From Marsupella aquatica (taxonomy: Eukaryota; Plantae; Marchantiophyta): DNA of 64,000 bases. Position 1 is the stretch's first letter. Every line of letters starts with the position of its first letter. A program made the position numbers and the translations under genes. The notes beneath the pieces were generated by a model. That model saw only the letters and a program-made list of their open reading frames with translations, did no database searches and was not told where the DNA came from. Where the stretch lies: positions 11,840,771-11,904,770 of the forward strand of contig OZ316891.1 of the NCBI GenBank assembly GCA_973895155.1. The letters run 5' to 3'. Of the stretch, positions 35,855-48,989 are shown in pieces.

Positions 35855-38361
35855 ATGGCGGAAGAGAGCAGTTCCAAGTTGTCGAGGAGCCTGAGATGGT
35901 GCGGAGGAGGGAGGGCGACAGTGCACTTGGCGCTTTTGACAGTGCAGGTTGGGTATGGAGGATACTATGTGCTCTCGAAAGCGGCCATGAGTAACGGAGT
36001 CGACACGATTGTGTTCGCTGTGTATCGGGATTGCATTGGTCTAAGTCTTCTGGCTCCTTTGGCCTATTTTTACGAACGGTTAGTTCTATCTTCTGATGCG
36101 TCCAATGCTTAACTTGTTGCATGCTTTTGGCGTCCGTCAGCATGTAGTTTCTATCAGAAATTGGGTCGAGTGGTTTTGGGTTTGTAAATGAGAGGTCCCC
36201 TGCTCCAGCATGTCCATTAGAGGCTTAGCCAGGAGATGGGATCGAGGTAGACTGAAGTGTGCCCAGACGGGCTTTACTCGTTCATTTGTTGCAATTCATT
36301 CCCCAATGAGCCTCCGCTTACTATGAACTCCGCTTCCTCAATTTTCTTCGATTCTCTTTATTACCCTGAACTGCCAATGTTCCTAATAGGTCGTGGATTG
36401 GATGAAACGAGAGAATCCAAGCCGTAGTTATTGACGTCCTCCTTGCGGTAGGTGATGAGAAAGGAATTCCCCATCAAGATTTTGGAGAAGCATTTTTTCA
36501 GACGTGGAGTGTTAAATCCAATCTTAGTACTACTATGTCGGCATTGAATCTCAGCTTATTCACAATCCATGAACTGTTTATGATTGAAGGAAGATGATAA
36601 CTGATGACAACATCATTTCCACAGAGTGGGTTTAGTATTCAACAAAGGAGGGCACCTCTGTGTTTGAATTGAGTTTTTAAGTACATGCAGAGGTTCCTAA
36701 CCTGCCAGACTACTAGCTTTCAGTTTTCATTAGTAGCCAGCGGATGGCCCCTTTAGAACACTAATTTAAGTTGTTACCGAATGCGACGTGACGAGTGACG
36801 GAGGCGTTCAGGTTTTTTCACAAGCTAAGGAGCTTGTTCACAACTGAACCGGGTTTATCTTCGTGACGTCCGACCCGGTGAAAGAAACGCGAAATGCTAC
36901 AGCTCAACGGTTTGATCGCGACGAGGCGGTCGTTTTGAGCCCGGGATTGGCACTTTATGCGGAGTGAAGGCGACGCGGCGGAAATTTTCTACTCTGCTGG
37001 AGCTGCAGACTGTGCTGTTGCAATTTGGCAACTTTTCTCGTCGACGGTGTTCACTTTGCTTGTGTAATGCGGAAGCGGCAAGTATTGGACTCCTAGCTTC
37101 GTGAGCTACGTCACCTAGGAAAGCATTTAGATCAAAGATGGTTTGGAGATAGGCTACCAAAGATGGTTTGAAGATAGGCTGTCCAACCAATTCACGGTCG
37201 CAAAATTTGATGGGCATAGCTTCCAGTGTCAGTAGTGTCCACATCCTTCTTTGGCTCACAGATGTGACCACTGTTCCTTGGAATATCTGTCCTTGTCCAC
37301 AAACCAGGTTGTGGAAAAAGAGAGGCTTTACTTTGAGGCCACCGAAATTGAAGTTGCACTTCGTTGGCAACACTTGGAGTACTGATAATAATGGTTTACA
37401 TTAATCATGCAGAGATTTGAGGACACGGATTACATTCACTTTGCCGGTTGGTCTGCTGATAGTCGGACTGGGATTATCCGGGATATATCTACAGCAAATG
37501 CTCTTCCTCGCTGGTTTGGCATATACGAATTCCACGTTCACTGCTGCCATGCAGAATGCAATTCCAGTGTTCACTTTCCTGATCGCAGTGATTTGCCGAG
37601 TGGAGGTCATCCGGATCACAAAGATAGATGGGCTTGCCAAGCTGCTCGGCATCTTCTCTTGTATTTCTGGCGCTTTAACAATGTCGTTATACAAGGGGAT
37701 CTTACTGCTAGGCTCGGAGGACCAGGCACCGTTGCCAACATCAGGTGCCCATTATCAGCAGCTACAACACGCTTCCACGGTGGACGATGGCTGGCTTGCT
37801 TCAGCTTCCCTGAAGCTTGGAATTGATAATTGGAGATTGGGTTCGCTGTTTCTGGTTGGCAACTGCTTCTGCATGGGTGTGTACCATAACCTACAGGTTC
37901 CAACCTTGAAGAGATTTCCCGTTCCAATCACGTTAACAGCATCTTCTGTATTTGTGGGCACCATAGCTCTTATCACCACCGGTGTCTTCACAGTGCCAAA
38001 ATCATCTGACTGGATTCTAACACGTCCTTCAAACCTTCTATCGGTGGCCTACGCTGGTGTTGTTGCATCGGGGCTCAACTTTACACTCCAAACATGGGCA
38101 AACCACAGAGGAGGTCCAGTTCTTGTGGGAACCTATACTCCATTACAGACCTTCTTCTCGGCCGTGTTGGGCCTGGTTATTCTGAACGAACCCTTGTACT
38201 TGGGAACTGTGATTGGTGCGGTTATGATATTGATTGGACTTTACTTTTTGATATGGGGCCAAAGAGTGCACCGCTCCTCACAAGAGCTGCAAGATACTCT
38301 TCCCTTGAGCGCTGTCTTGGGCATCGACATCAAAGAACCCTTGCTCCCTCTCTCCACCTGA
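35855..38361 (+). CDS. WAT1-related / UMAMIT (EamA/MtN21) transporter, 2 exons; paralog of the 26628-29262 gene
   Basis: Exons 35855-36078 and 37413-38361, in phase. 'VQVGYGGYYVL', 'AAMQNAIPVFTFLIAVICR', 'GGPVLVGTYTPLQT', 'GLYFLIWGQR'. Confidence 0.93.
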
Positions 38362-40154
38362 AGGTGTGAGTAAAATTAATGTCCAATCAGTCTAGTTTTC
38401 TTTGTAAATTTAGGGGTTGCGCGAAGGGGAGACTTTCTATTTGCTACTCAAGTACTTCCACGAAACAGTACATAATTCTTTACCATTTATTCGGACAAAT
38501 ATTGACCATTAGATCTTGGCTACAACTTCCAGATGCACTCCTTACATAGGCGAATTTTGCTCTAAATTGCAATAAAAACACCAGAATGTGAAGCTTGGAT
38601 GGACTGAGGGGTTTGCTTTAAAGCCTTCGTGGATTTCCAAAGCTGGGATGGGACTGACTCAGAACATTAAAAAATTCTCAAATAGTATGCTTTACAGTTC
38701 TGACTGAAATGTACCAAATATGCTCTTGACAGTCTGCAACGGGTTTCCATAAGAAGTTTTTGTTGTGGTAAGTCATTGCCTCATGCACAAGCTACTCATC
38801 ATGCACGAGCTACTCAAAGAGTCCTTCACAAAAGTAAAACATCCTTCCCCAAACTAAGTGAGAAGTCATTAATCATGCATAAACTACTCAAGGCCTCTTT
38901 GACAAAAAGTGAAGCGGCCCTCCTTGATTTGGTAAGTTGCTGCTCACTGGCCCAACTAGGGAGGGCTTTCTTCACAATAGTGAAAGGTATATTGGCAGTT
39001 GGTTTATTATATTTTACTACTGTAGTTGTGCATTCCTTGGCAATGGAACAAATGATCTCAGCAAAGCTCAAACTTTGTGAGGTAATGGATTGACATCAAA
39101 GTACACGCTGAAAATCTTGAGCCTAAACAAACATCCAATTTGTCCAAATCAATGCACAAGTTTGCCAAAACCTAGAGGCACAAGTCTGCCAAAAAACCAA
39201 CATTTTACAGTTGACTGGGGCGCCCGGAAAATTTACTTGAGGCCTCCTTCTAAAAGTTGAAGCGTCTTTCCAAAAGCAGTCAGTCAGTGTGAATTTTGGG
39301 TGTAAAGCAAGGCCAGGTGTGTCCCAGGCCATCAGATGGGCAAAACCATTTTCCATTGGATGCCTCAATAATTTCCAAAAAACTACTTTTGCATCATTTG
39401 CATAAACTTTCAATAGCTGATTTATTGGCCCAAATTTGCCAAAATTCACTGTGTCCAACAGTTGAGTAAAGTTGGGGTCCCAGCCCGCATTGAACAGTGT
39501 GTTACATAACACTCAACAAGTAATTCAAGAGCAAGAAAGTGGCTAAGGGAAAAAAAGTGAACGGTCCGATGTAGCGCTCCGTCATTCCCGGTGAGGGGAG
39601 AGTCGGTGAGGGGCAGGGCCTTTTGGTGGAAGGGGGAGGGTAATTTTTTGCGCTCCGCTCACTGTTTTTCACGGTAACCAGCCGTTAGCGTTATATTTTC
39701 AAATCCACAGGCCGCTTTCTGCCGCCCAGGGAGATCTGGACTCCTCTCCGATGCTCTGCATTTACCCTGTGTTTTTGTCTTATCTTAACCGCTAGTTGGG
39801 TTTCCTTAGGGTAATCACGCGATTTACACACCCTAAGACTCTCAATTGCTGAACGCTCAGTACTCCCTGCACACTACGAACTCAGCGTTTTACTAAGATT
39901 TTGACCAATTTTTGAAATTTGTTGCGCTTTTTGATATCCTGCGTCCTGCTCATGGCAATCACTCCCTGGAGCTGCTGATTGTATACCATTGCTCTACCCC
40001 AATACAATCCGCGCAACCCCCAGGCTAAGCGAGGGTAACAGACGGCTCCACGGAGTGCATCGCATCAAGCAATTGTACAGTCTCAACTGTGACTTTCAGC
40101 TTGATTTCAAATATCAGCCTACTGTTTCCTCCGTCCTCCCTGGACCTCCAAAGA

Positions 40155-41892
40155 ATGGCCAGTGAGCGCTCCACAAGGAACACGGGATCAGGAACAGCCA
40201 GATCGATGGCCTCCACACGCAATGTAGGGATCCCTACGATCCCTGGTGGCCAGCAACGGAAGGGTAAGGCACGTTTGGATTCGACTCCTACGGTGGATGA
40301 CACAGTGATACACTGCATTCCGAAGGAGGTTCTGCAGTCCGGAAACAGAAGAATTTTTGGCAACAAGGTGGTGCTAGGCTTTGAATCGGAGTTCGACTCT
40401 TGCCAGACCAGAGATTGGATTGCGGCTTACAACCAAGAGAATGAAACGAAACTATCCTTGCATGATGAACTTCCGAATGCGCTCTTTGTTGTGCAATTTG
40501 ACAGCAACTTGGGGGATGACATCAAGAAGCACCTCCTGAAAGAATCACCACTCAAGGCCCTGGATCGTTTTGCCTTTGTCAACGACTATACTTCCAATTT
40601 TGACCCCTGCAACCAACCGGATTTCAAACATCTGGTCACTCTGTACATCAAGCTGGGGAGCCCTGAAATCTATGAATACATTCGATTTGTGACGGCATTG
40701 GTGGGTACTTTTGTTCGGGCAAAGTTAGCACCCGGCACTGAAAAACATCACATTTCTGCGATAGTGGAATCCACTTTGAAGGTATTCCCTTCAAGAGGTA
40801 TTTTCCTGATCAGCAGCCCTGGAGACACTCCTATTTTGTTTGACTATATTGGTCGGAACCTCCGGTGTTGTTTTCTCCTATCGTCATTTTGCATCCAATT
40901 GCACACAAACGAGGCCCCCATTGCTGGCGAATCAAACATTGTCATTCAATGCGTATGGAGGGACTGATCGACATCCCAATAATCCAGCAACCTTCATGAA
41001 GAAACAACGGCTAGACCACGAGGCCTTCCAACAATACCAGGCTAAGGCACGTCGTGCAAGAGAGGAAGCTGAATACTGGCAGGAGCGAGCGGAAGAACAA
41101 CAACAGAGGGAGGAGGAGGAGCTGAAGCATTTGGCCCGTCGGGCTGAGGAACTGGAGGAGGAGCAGGCCTTGAAAGGGGAATTACGGGCAACATCTTCAG
41201 CACATCGCGACACTTCCAAATCCAACGACAGCAACACCAGAAAACGGAGCCGAAGGTGTCAGACTTCCCACTCAACTCTGAGAGCTACGCAGGTGGCCAC
41301 ACCGGCAGGTGCGTCGGAGGGCACAATCTGTACAACCGGACACCAAAAGATCCCAGGGGCCAGACAAACTGAGGGGAAGGTTGCTGCTGTTCTAATTGAC
41401 ACCTTAGAGTCCCACAGCGGAAGTGGCAAATCTAAGGCAGAATTTTGCAATCCCGGTCGTCCCCTAAAGAAAGTGTGGACAAAAAAACCACGAATTGAAG
41501 TGCCCTCCGCTGGCCCTCCCTTAGCATTACCGGAACTTCCTATACTGGAAGTGAACCCCAAGGAAACACACGCACTGCTTTGCCTCCCGGTCGATTCATC
41601 GGATTTCTTGAAGACCAGGGCAAATGTTACCATCAAGAAGCGACCCAGGCCTAAGGCATCCTCGGACACGGATACTGACCTTGCAGCGGAGTTTATCCCT
41701 GCGAAGCTGGCTGATCTTTTTGTGGAAAACAAGCCCCTTCACATTGGTTCCCCGGAGGTCTCATCAGCAAGAAGTGATAATCCCAACTATGACTCCCCTA
41801 ACATTGTTGTCATACAACCTCAGGGGGCTGACATCCAGGAGGCGACGTCTCCGAGCTCGATCCAATTTGGAAGGGCTCCAATGCAGACCTGA
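40155..41892 (+). pseudogene. LINE ORF1 (gag-like; RRM/DUF4283-like region, degenerate Zn knuckle, coiled coil)
   Basis: MASERSTRN start; frameshift ~40870 within 'LRCC/FSYRHFASNC'; charged coiled coil; overlaps the ORF2 start by ~100 nt. Confidence 0.7.
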
Positions 41893-44800
41893 TATTCTCT
41901 GTATTCAGGAGCACAAACTCAGGGAGGGCCGGGTGAAGAAGATTCAACAAGAGGTCTGGCCGTCTGCTCACTGGGTCTATGCCCCTGCTTTGGATGGAGC
42001 GCATGCCATCCGGAATCAAGATGTTGTGGTTGGGTTGGGCGGTCTGGCGATTGGTGTGCACAATTCTTTGGCACCATTCATTACTGGTGAAGGGGTCTTG
42101 CCCAGCAAACGCGTAGTCTGGGTGTGCGTGAACCATAACATCACTGGCAAGATTGGATTCTTAGGAATTTACGGACCAAACTCCCCCAGGGAGAGGACGG
42201 ACTTATGGAGAGAATTGTTCAATCTACTCGATCACTCTTGCAGTTGGATTGTCATGGGAGACTTCAATATGATTGAAAGTAGGAATGATCAAGGAGGGGG
42301 GATCACCAGTGTCGTGGCTGGAAGTGAGATGAGGGCTTGGAGGCACCTAAAGCGTAGGCTCCGCTTGGAGGATACTTTCCTGCCTCTACCCGGGCACCTG
42401 AGTTTTAGCTGGGACAGCAAACAAAATCATCGGCACAATCCCCGAATTCAAGCAAGGCCAAGGGGAGACCGGGTGCTCAGACGACTGGACCAAATTTACT
42501 CTCTGTCTACGGATCTGAATTCAAAGTTCACCATCACCTCCACTATCCTGCCTGGCATTCCAATGTCCGATCATGCTCCGGTGTGCGCGACAATTCGACC
42601 GATCAATGCCACCAAGCGATTCACGCAACATAGGATGAATACCATGCATCAACAACATATACAATACCAGGATCGTATTACTCGTATGTGGGTGGCAGAA
42701 GTTGCAAGGTGAGAATTGTTGAGGCTACCACCGGACGACACCCTTTCACACTGCCTCAAGGTTGCTCGAAAGATGGATAGATGCTGGGGCAAACGGAGGG
42801 CAGCCGAACGATGGCTGAAAGAATTGATCCTTAGGGAAAATTTGTCCCGGGCGCAATTACATCTGGAATCCCACACGCATGATAGTCACGCCCAGGCTGC
42901 TGTCAAGGAAGCTGAAACACTGATTCACGAGTTTGAGGCGGACAGAGTCAGGTGGATGGACTTCGCCCTGCAATCGAGATGGATTGCTGATGGGGACAAA
43001 TGCTCCAAACTCTTTTTCAAATCCTTCAAGGGCCTTGTAGTGAGCAATGAAATTCACCAACTATTTAATGAGGAGGAGCAGCTGGTGACCGGCTGGCAGG
43101 AGATGGCAAGAGTGGCCACTAACTTCTTTAGAGAGAGCCTGGGTACAACAGAGGGCAATCCCCCTGAACAATTGGAGCAAGTGCTCAATGTACAGAATGA
43201 GTCAATCACGGATGAGGATCGCGTTGCTCTTAATATACCTTTGACTGTGGATGAGCTGGGTACAGCTGCTTTGGCTTTGGCATCTAACAAATGTCCTGGC
43301 CCTGATGGGGTCCCGATTGAATTTTTTGTGGCTCACTGGAACACGGTGGGGTCCTCGCTCCACAAGGCGGTCCTTCACGGCATGGCAGAAGGCAGTTTTG
43401 CTTCTCAGTTCACGAGGGGGTTCATCATTCTACTGTGCAAAAAGAATGACCAGCGCCGGCTCACTAACAAACGGCCCATCACACTGTTGAACGTGGTGTA
43501 CAAGATTGCAGCGAAGGCTTTCTAGCTGCGGTTGATCCCCATCCTCCAGCGCTTTATTACACCACAACAATTTGCTTTCCTGCCAGGACAAAACATCCAC
43601 CACTCCTTGCTTCTCCTTAACGAGCTCCTTCATCAGGCTGAGTCCTCGGGTAAGCAATACATCCTTATGAAGCTCGATGTGGCGAAAGCTTTTGACAAGC
43701 TTGAATGGGGATTCCTTATCAAGCTGATGGAGAAGGTGGGCTTCAATGGTCTTCTTCTGCAATTTCTACGTGCTGGCTTTCAATCTGCCACTTCTGCGGT
43801 GCTGCTCAATGGGAGAATGGCTGCCTCCTTTTCCCTGCAGTTCTGTGCGGCAAGGTTGCCCGCTATCACCTCTACTCTTCATCATTGCCATTGATGCCCT
43901 CAGTAGGATTTTTCACAGGGATGTGGAGCAGGGTAACCTGGAGGGGGTCAACATACAATCGATCGGGGTTCGCAATGTGCATAACTTCTATGCTGACGAT
44001 GTTGCGTTGATACTCCGTGCTAATATGCGATTTGTGCAATTTAGCCAGGGCCGATTAGACCTTTTTGGGAGGGCGTCTGGACTCCATTGCATCTGGGAAC
44101 AGACCAAGGCTGCTTTCATCCCATCCGGCTCTATCCCCACGGAATTTCAGGGTCTTCCTTGGACTTGGGAGAGTGATGCAAATGCTTCCAAATTACTTGG
44201 CATCCCCATGACTCAACACGTCTCGGAGCAGCAATTGGTGCAGACTGTGTCAGATCGATTGGAATCCAGGTTGGATAGAATGCGTAAGACATTGGGGTCA
44301 CTCATTGCTAGGGTCACTGTTGCCAATCATCTCATTATGAGCACCATTTGGTATTTATCACGGTCTGGGCCGGCCATCCAAAGACCCTCGATGCTCTACA
44401 AAGGAAGATCACTACCTTTGTATGGGCTGGCCGAAATGAGAGGGCTCGATCACGGGTAGATCTCGCCACGATTACTAGACCCAAGAGCCATGGTGGGCTT
44501 GGGCTCATTTCTATTCCAGCACAGTTCAAGGCTTTGGCAGGTAGCTTTATTGTTTGGGCCCTTGCAGAAGCTGACCACCCACTCAGAAGGATCTTGCAGA
44601 TGTATCTTCGGCAACTATCCGAGAAGAAGTGGGGGGTAAATGATTTCACCTAGGTCTTCACATCATGTTACACAATACCATCAGGTGGATCCAAGGTTTG
44701 GTCAAATATTTTCACTGGATGGAATGTTATTAAGCGACATTTGTGGCCTTCTGCTCCAGGTCATTTGGAGGGTTGGCAGAATCTTCCCTTGTGGCGGCCA

Positions 44801-46081
44801 CATCTTAACCACTTACATGACAACCAAGCCAAGTGCCTTTCAAATCCACAGAGGAGAATCCGTAGAGCTGGCTTCGTGTTTATGAAAGATGTTCTCACCA
44901 GAGCAGGGGAATTTCTATCTTGGGAAGAGGGGCCTGGTCAGTGTCTCCCCCAGAATTGTGAGAAGGCTTACAAGAAATTGATCGCCAACCTCAGAACTGT
45001 ACTAGAGTTTGACGCTGGTAGAGATCAATTGGATTCCCTATTCCTAGAGGCTACTCTTCCTGACAGTTCACACTGGGTATGGGAATTCAGGGTGCAAAGG
45101 AAACATATCACCTCAAATTGGCAGCTATTTCATGATACATCAAAGCCATTGCACACTTTCAAGGTATTGAATGGATACCTATCCAGATCAGATCACTCTG
45201 CTCCCCCTGTTGCTGATTTACTGCTATCTCGTGTGTTGATTCGGAAGCCAGATTCTAGCACTCCACTTAGACAGCGCATCGGCAACCCGACAGGGGACTT
45301 GGCTATTCTACTGCAATACCATTGGAGAGACGGTACACCATTCCTTGACACCTGCACAGGCCACCTACGGAAGCTACAGGGACAAGCACGTACTGGAATG
45401 CACAAGGCCTTGACTAAGTGGGCTTGGATTTTGGATTGGTACCCTGACCCCAAGGCCCTCTGGAGCAATACCTGGGTGCCTTTCAGGGCAGCGACGGAAA
45501 ACTGTTACTTATGGCAGCTCATCAACCGAATCCCTGCAACCCAACACTGGCGGAATCCCTAACTCCCAGTTTTTGATGAGACAACTTGGTGCACCCGGTG
45601 TAATCTGCACCAACAGGAAGACATCATGCATTGCATTTGGAGCTGCCCGGTCTCATAGCTCATCTGGAATTGGGCGCAATACACTCTCACCTTGGCATCA
45701 ACCACTGGTAATTTGAATGTCAACTTGCAGCCAATCCACACTTTTGTAGCTGAACCTCTGCCTGATGAGTGGAGTGTACCAGATAAGTTATGGCATATCA
45801 TGCGTGCCGTTGTTTGTTGGAATGTATGGAAAGACCGAAGCTCTCACTTTATTGAACACACTAGGTCCAACCCACATGCTGTCATACAAAAGGCTTGGCA
45901 CCGGCTTGGAATTTACCTTCGCATGGATTGGGCCAAACAACAGGCAAAGGTGAGGGCAGGGAAGTCCACCACTGCACAGGCCTACCATGCCATGTGTTTT
46001 GATTATGGGACACTCTCCGGTCTCTGGGAAGTACATGAGGACATACTCCAGGTTCCCCCAGTCCCACTCCGCCCGCCTTGA
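41789..46081 (+). pseudogene. LINE ORF2 (AP endonuclease - reverse transcriptase - zf-RVT)
   Basis: 'SYNLRG', 'CIQEHK', 'GDFN', 'SDHAPV'; 'KCPGPDG', 'RPITLLN', 'KAFD', 'RQGCPLSP', 'YADD'; 'CTRC...EDIMHCIWSC'. Stops at 42710, 43523, 44651, 45560, 45656 and frameshifts at ~43840 and ~44360. Confidence 0.95.
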
Positions 46082-47456
46082 ATTTGACTGGTTTCACAGG
46101 AATTGATTCTTCACTGCAGGTTAGACCGATAGATAAGTAAGCCTATCACGGACCCACTGAATGGAACCTTGCCGGAACATGAGCACTGGCCAGTCTCACG
46201 GAGTGTGCATCTCCTGTTGCAGTAGTTAAATTACTTATTTGGCTGCTTCCCTCTCGGGAGGCTTAGTTTCTTTCCTGGTACTGGCTGCACCGGTTTTGTT
46301 TTTGCACTTTTGACCTCTGGTCCACCTATGGCGTTGCCCTTGTGGCTGCCTCTTTGTATGCTGTCTTTGTGAATGGAATTCAAAAAGATCTTTCAAAGCA
46401 AAAAAAACAGTTGAGTAAAGTTTTTTCGTGCTCAGTGAACCGGTCACCTGTGATGAATTCTGTTTGCCATTTTGTCCTCGCATTTGTTTTCACGGTTCTG
46501 CATTGGAAGTCTCTTTCGAGGACTTCACTCGAGCCTCAAAATAGAAAGATCGAGACAGAGATATAGAAGGTTGTGCCTTTGTCGACTGCCCGAGGGCAAG
46601 GCAGGGGAGACATTCCTATTCTGATATCACACGGCGCCCAAATGCTGCTTTGGCGTCAAGTAATTGAGAGCCAGAGGGCCTACAGACGAAAAGAAGGTGT
46701 AAGAAGCGTCGAGTAACGATTGGCACACTTAGGGAGAATTTTAAGGTGGGAAGAAGTATCGAGTTCAAACTTGGCGAGATCTGGCACCAAAATTATTGTT
46801 TGCCAGGCGAAGTGTGTGTTGAAATTGCTCCTGTAATTGCACATAACAAGCGTCCATCGCAAGTATCCAACTCACCTCTGTTCACTGTCGTGTCCTGACT
46901 ATATCGCAAACGAAATTCGGCCACATGGAAGTGAGATTTATATTCGTTTGTGAGATTTTTGGCTATTTTAAAATAGTCAAATACATCTCACTATCAGTGA
47001 GTGTACTAAGATGCCATGATCGAGAAAGATGATTTTGCTGTAAATCAGCATGGAGAAAAGTGGTGGCCTGGCATGACGCTTGACGATTTCCAAGGTAAAG
47101 CTGGACGAGTACAATGACAATTCAGTGCTCGGCACTGCAAAAACCGTTTAGATGGCCATGTCGAAGTTTCCTCATGTTTGAAGCAGACCTGCCTCAAAAC
47201 AAACCTGAGACACGGAAGGTAGAGGTAGTCTTCCAGGTGTGAGGCTTCTGACTGACTCAGCACTTTATTTTATTACATAAAGCTCGACATGAAGGTAGAG
47301 ATATGTCAATAGAGACGACTGCTGGATCTCTGTAGCCCGAGCCTGCATCAAGTTGCTTTGGGCTTCAGAATAACCTGAAGTAATCAAACACAGTCAATTG
47401 TTCTGAGATAGCATACTACTGAGTCACAAGCAGCAGCCCAACTTCAAACATCGATC

Positions 47457-47949
47457 ATGGCAAGACCGCCCTCCAAGCCCTTCATGCCTGGCACCTCGTT
47501 TAAAGGCATTAACCACCTCAAACTCCCCACATTCTCCATTCAGAAGACACACGACTTCTACACAACAATCCTCGCCTTCACGCCCTTGCCCCAATACGAT
47601 CACTTCACACCAGAGCACAAGGTCTTCGCTAAAATGTTCCAGCACGAGCCCACTAAACTGATCATCGAAGTGCGCTACGTCCCAAGCCAAGCCGCGGCAC
47701 AGAAAGGCTGGGATCCCATCACATTTGGGGTCGGCACCCGACAGGACTTGCAGCAGTGGGCAGACTGGCTGGATGCGAATGAGGTTCGGCGTAGTCGCAT
47801 CTTCACTGCTATAAAAGGGTGGGTTATGGCGTGCGAGGATCCGGACGGTAGTGAGACTATATGTGAATGATGAGGAGCATGAATGGACGGATCATCCAGA
47901 TACGGATGAGTTCTGGCTCGGATCTGTCGAGGCGGATCCCGGTGTGTAA
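47457..47949 (+). pseudogene. Intronless VOC/glyoxalase-bleomycin-resistance family protein, frameshifted near C-terminus
   Basis: 'GINHLKLP...DFYTTIL', 'IEVR', 'DPITFGV..R.DLQQWADWLDANEV', 'EDPDG'. After a +1 shift at ~47849 the reading continues 'VRLYVNDEEHEWTDHPDTDEFWLGSVEADPGV*' (TAA 47947-47949). Confidence 0.85.
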
Positions 47950-48989
47950 ATAGATCCATCGCTTGATTTTATGTGATTGGAAAGTTGCGGTGGCTCTTCG
48001 TTCTTCTGCTGTTCTGTTCATTTGCTCCCCCGATTCGGTATCACTATGGTGCACAGATTCTTAGTGCATGTTATGAAAAATTGATTCAGTATAGGAAACA
48101 TTTTCAGCAGCTGCTTCCGCTGGTTTGTTGCTCTCGAGCTAGACTGAAACTCACTGTCCTTGCTCCTTCTATGAACACCTAATTGTCGCAAAAGATAAGT
48201 CAATGTATGGTCATCATGGAACTCTAGAAGTCCCCCAAAAAACAGATGATGTCATTCAAGGTTTAGCTCCTTTGATATGATTGTTAGCCCCTATTATTTA
48301 CAGCGTATACTGCAGACATTCCAGGAAAGCGTATACTGCATACTATTGCACCAGACTATTGCACCAGACTATTGCACTCAGCTATCTAGAATACTTGAGC
48401 GCCCGATCACAGTCTGCCTGTTGGGCTGGTCTGAAGCTGTAAGGACGAGTGACATGATTTTGCTAGAACTATTCCTCTAGATTGGGTAAATCTGCTGGAG
48501 CAAAGGCTAGGATTTCACTGGCATCCTAGTCTTGAAAAGCTACCTCCATCTGAGGAAACAGTGCTAGTATTGTTATGGCTAGGTTGGTTTAGGAAAGCTG
48601 AGCAGATGCTACTTCTAATTACTGCTAGTGCACAATCAAGGGACTCCGTTATTTAACAATGTGTTAAATGCTCTCTTTCTTCGTTTCACGATTTGTCGTC
48701 GGTGCAAGGATTGATTGACAATGCCAGTCTCCAGAGTCTTGAGCATATAGAACAAGCCACCATTTGTAGCATGGCAGGCTGAATCGGGTATAGAGTGGCT
48801 GATCTCTATTCCCACCAAATGCAGCTATAGCTCAAATACCAATTGGCTCCCAGACAAATTCTTTCGCATATTCTATGGCCATCCCGCTAGCTCTATAAAC
48901 TGCTTAATTAGCTGCTGCAGCGTCCGACTCTCAGGCGAGCAAGACGTGGGTTTGCCACTCTGATTTGGTTGCATCAAAACCTTAAATCA

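Larger units (their letters stand above)
39474..46405 (+). mobile_element. Full-length L1-clade LINE with 17-bp TSD, inactivated
   Basis: TSD AACAGTTGAGTAAAGTT at 39457-39473 and 46406-46422; A-rich tail ~46393-46405; ORF1 and ORF2 inside. Confidence 0.93.

Noticed and set aside
38776-39512. ORFs 39123-39512(-) and 38826-39071(-) as a gene
   Set aside because: The longer ORF crosses the LINE TSD boundary, so its start is fortuitous; no recognisable motifs.
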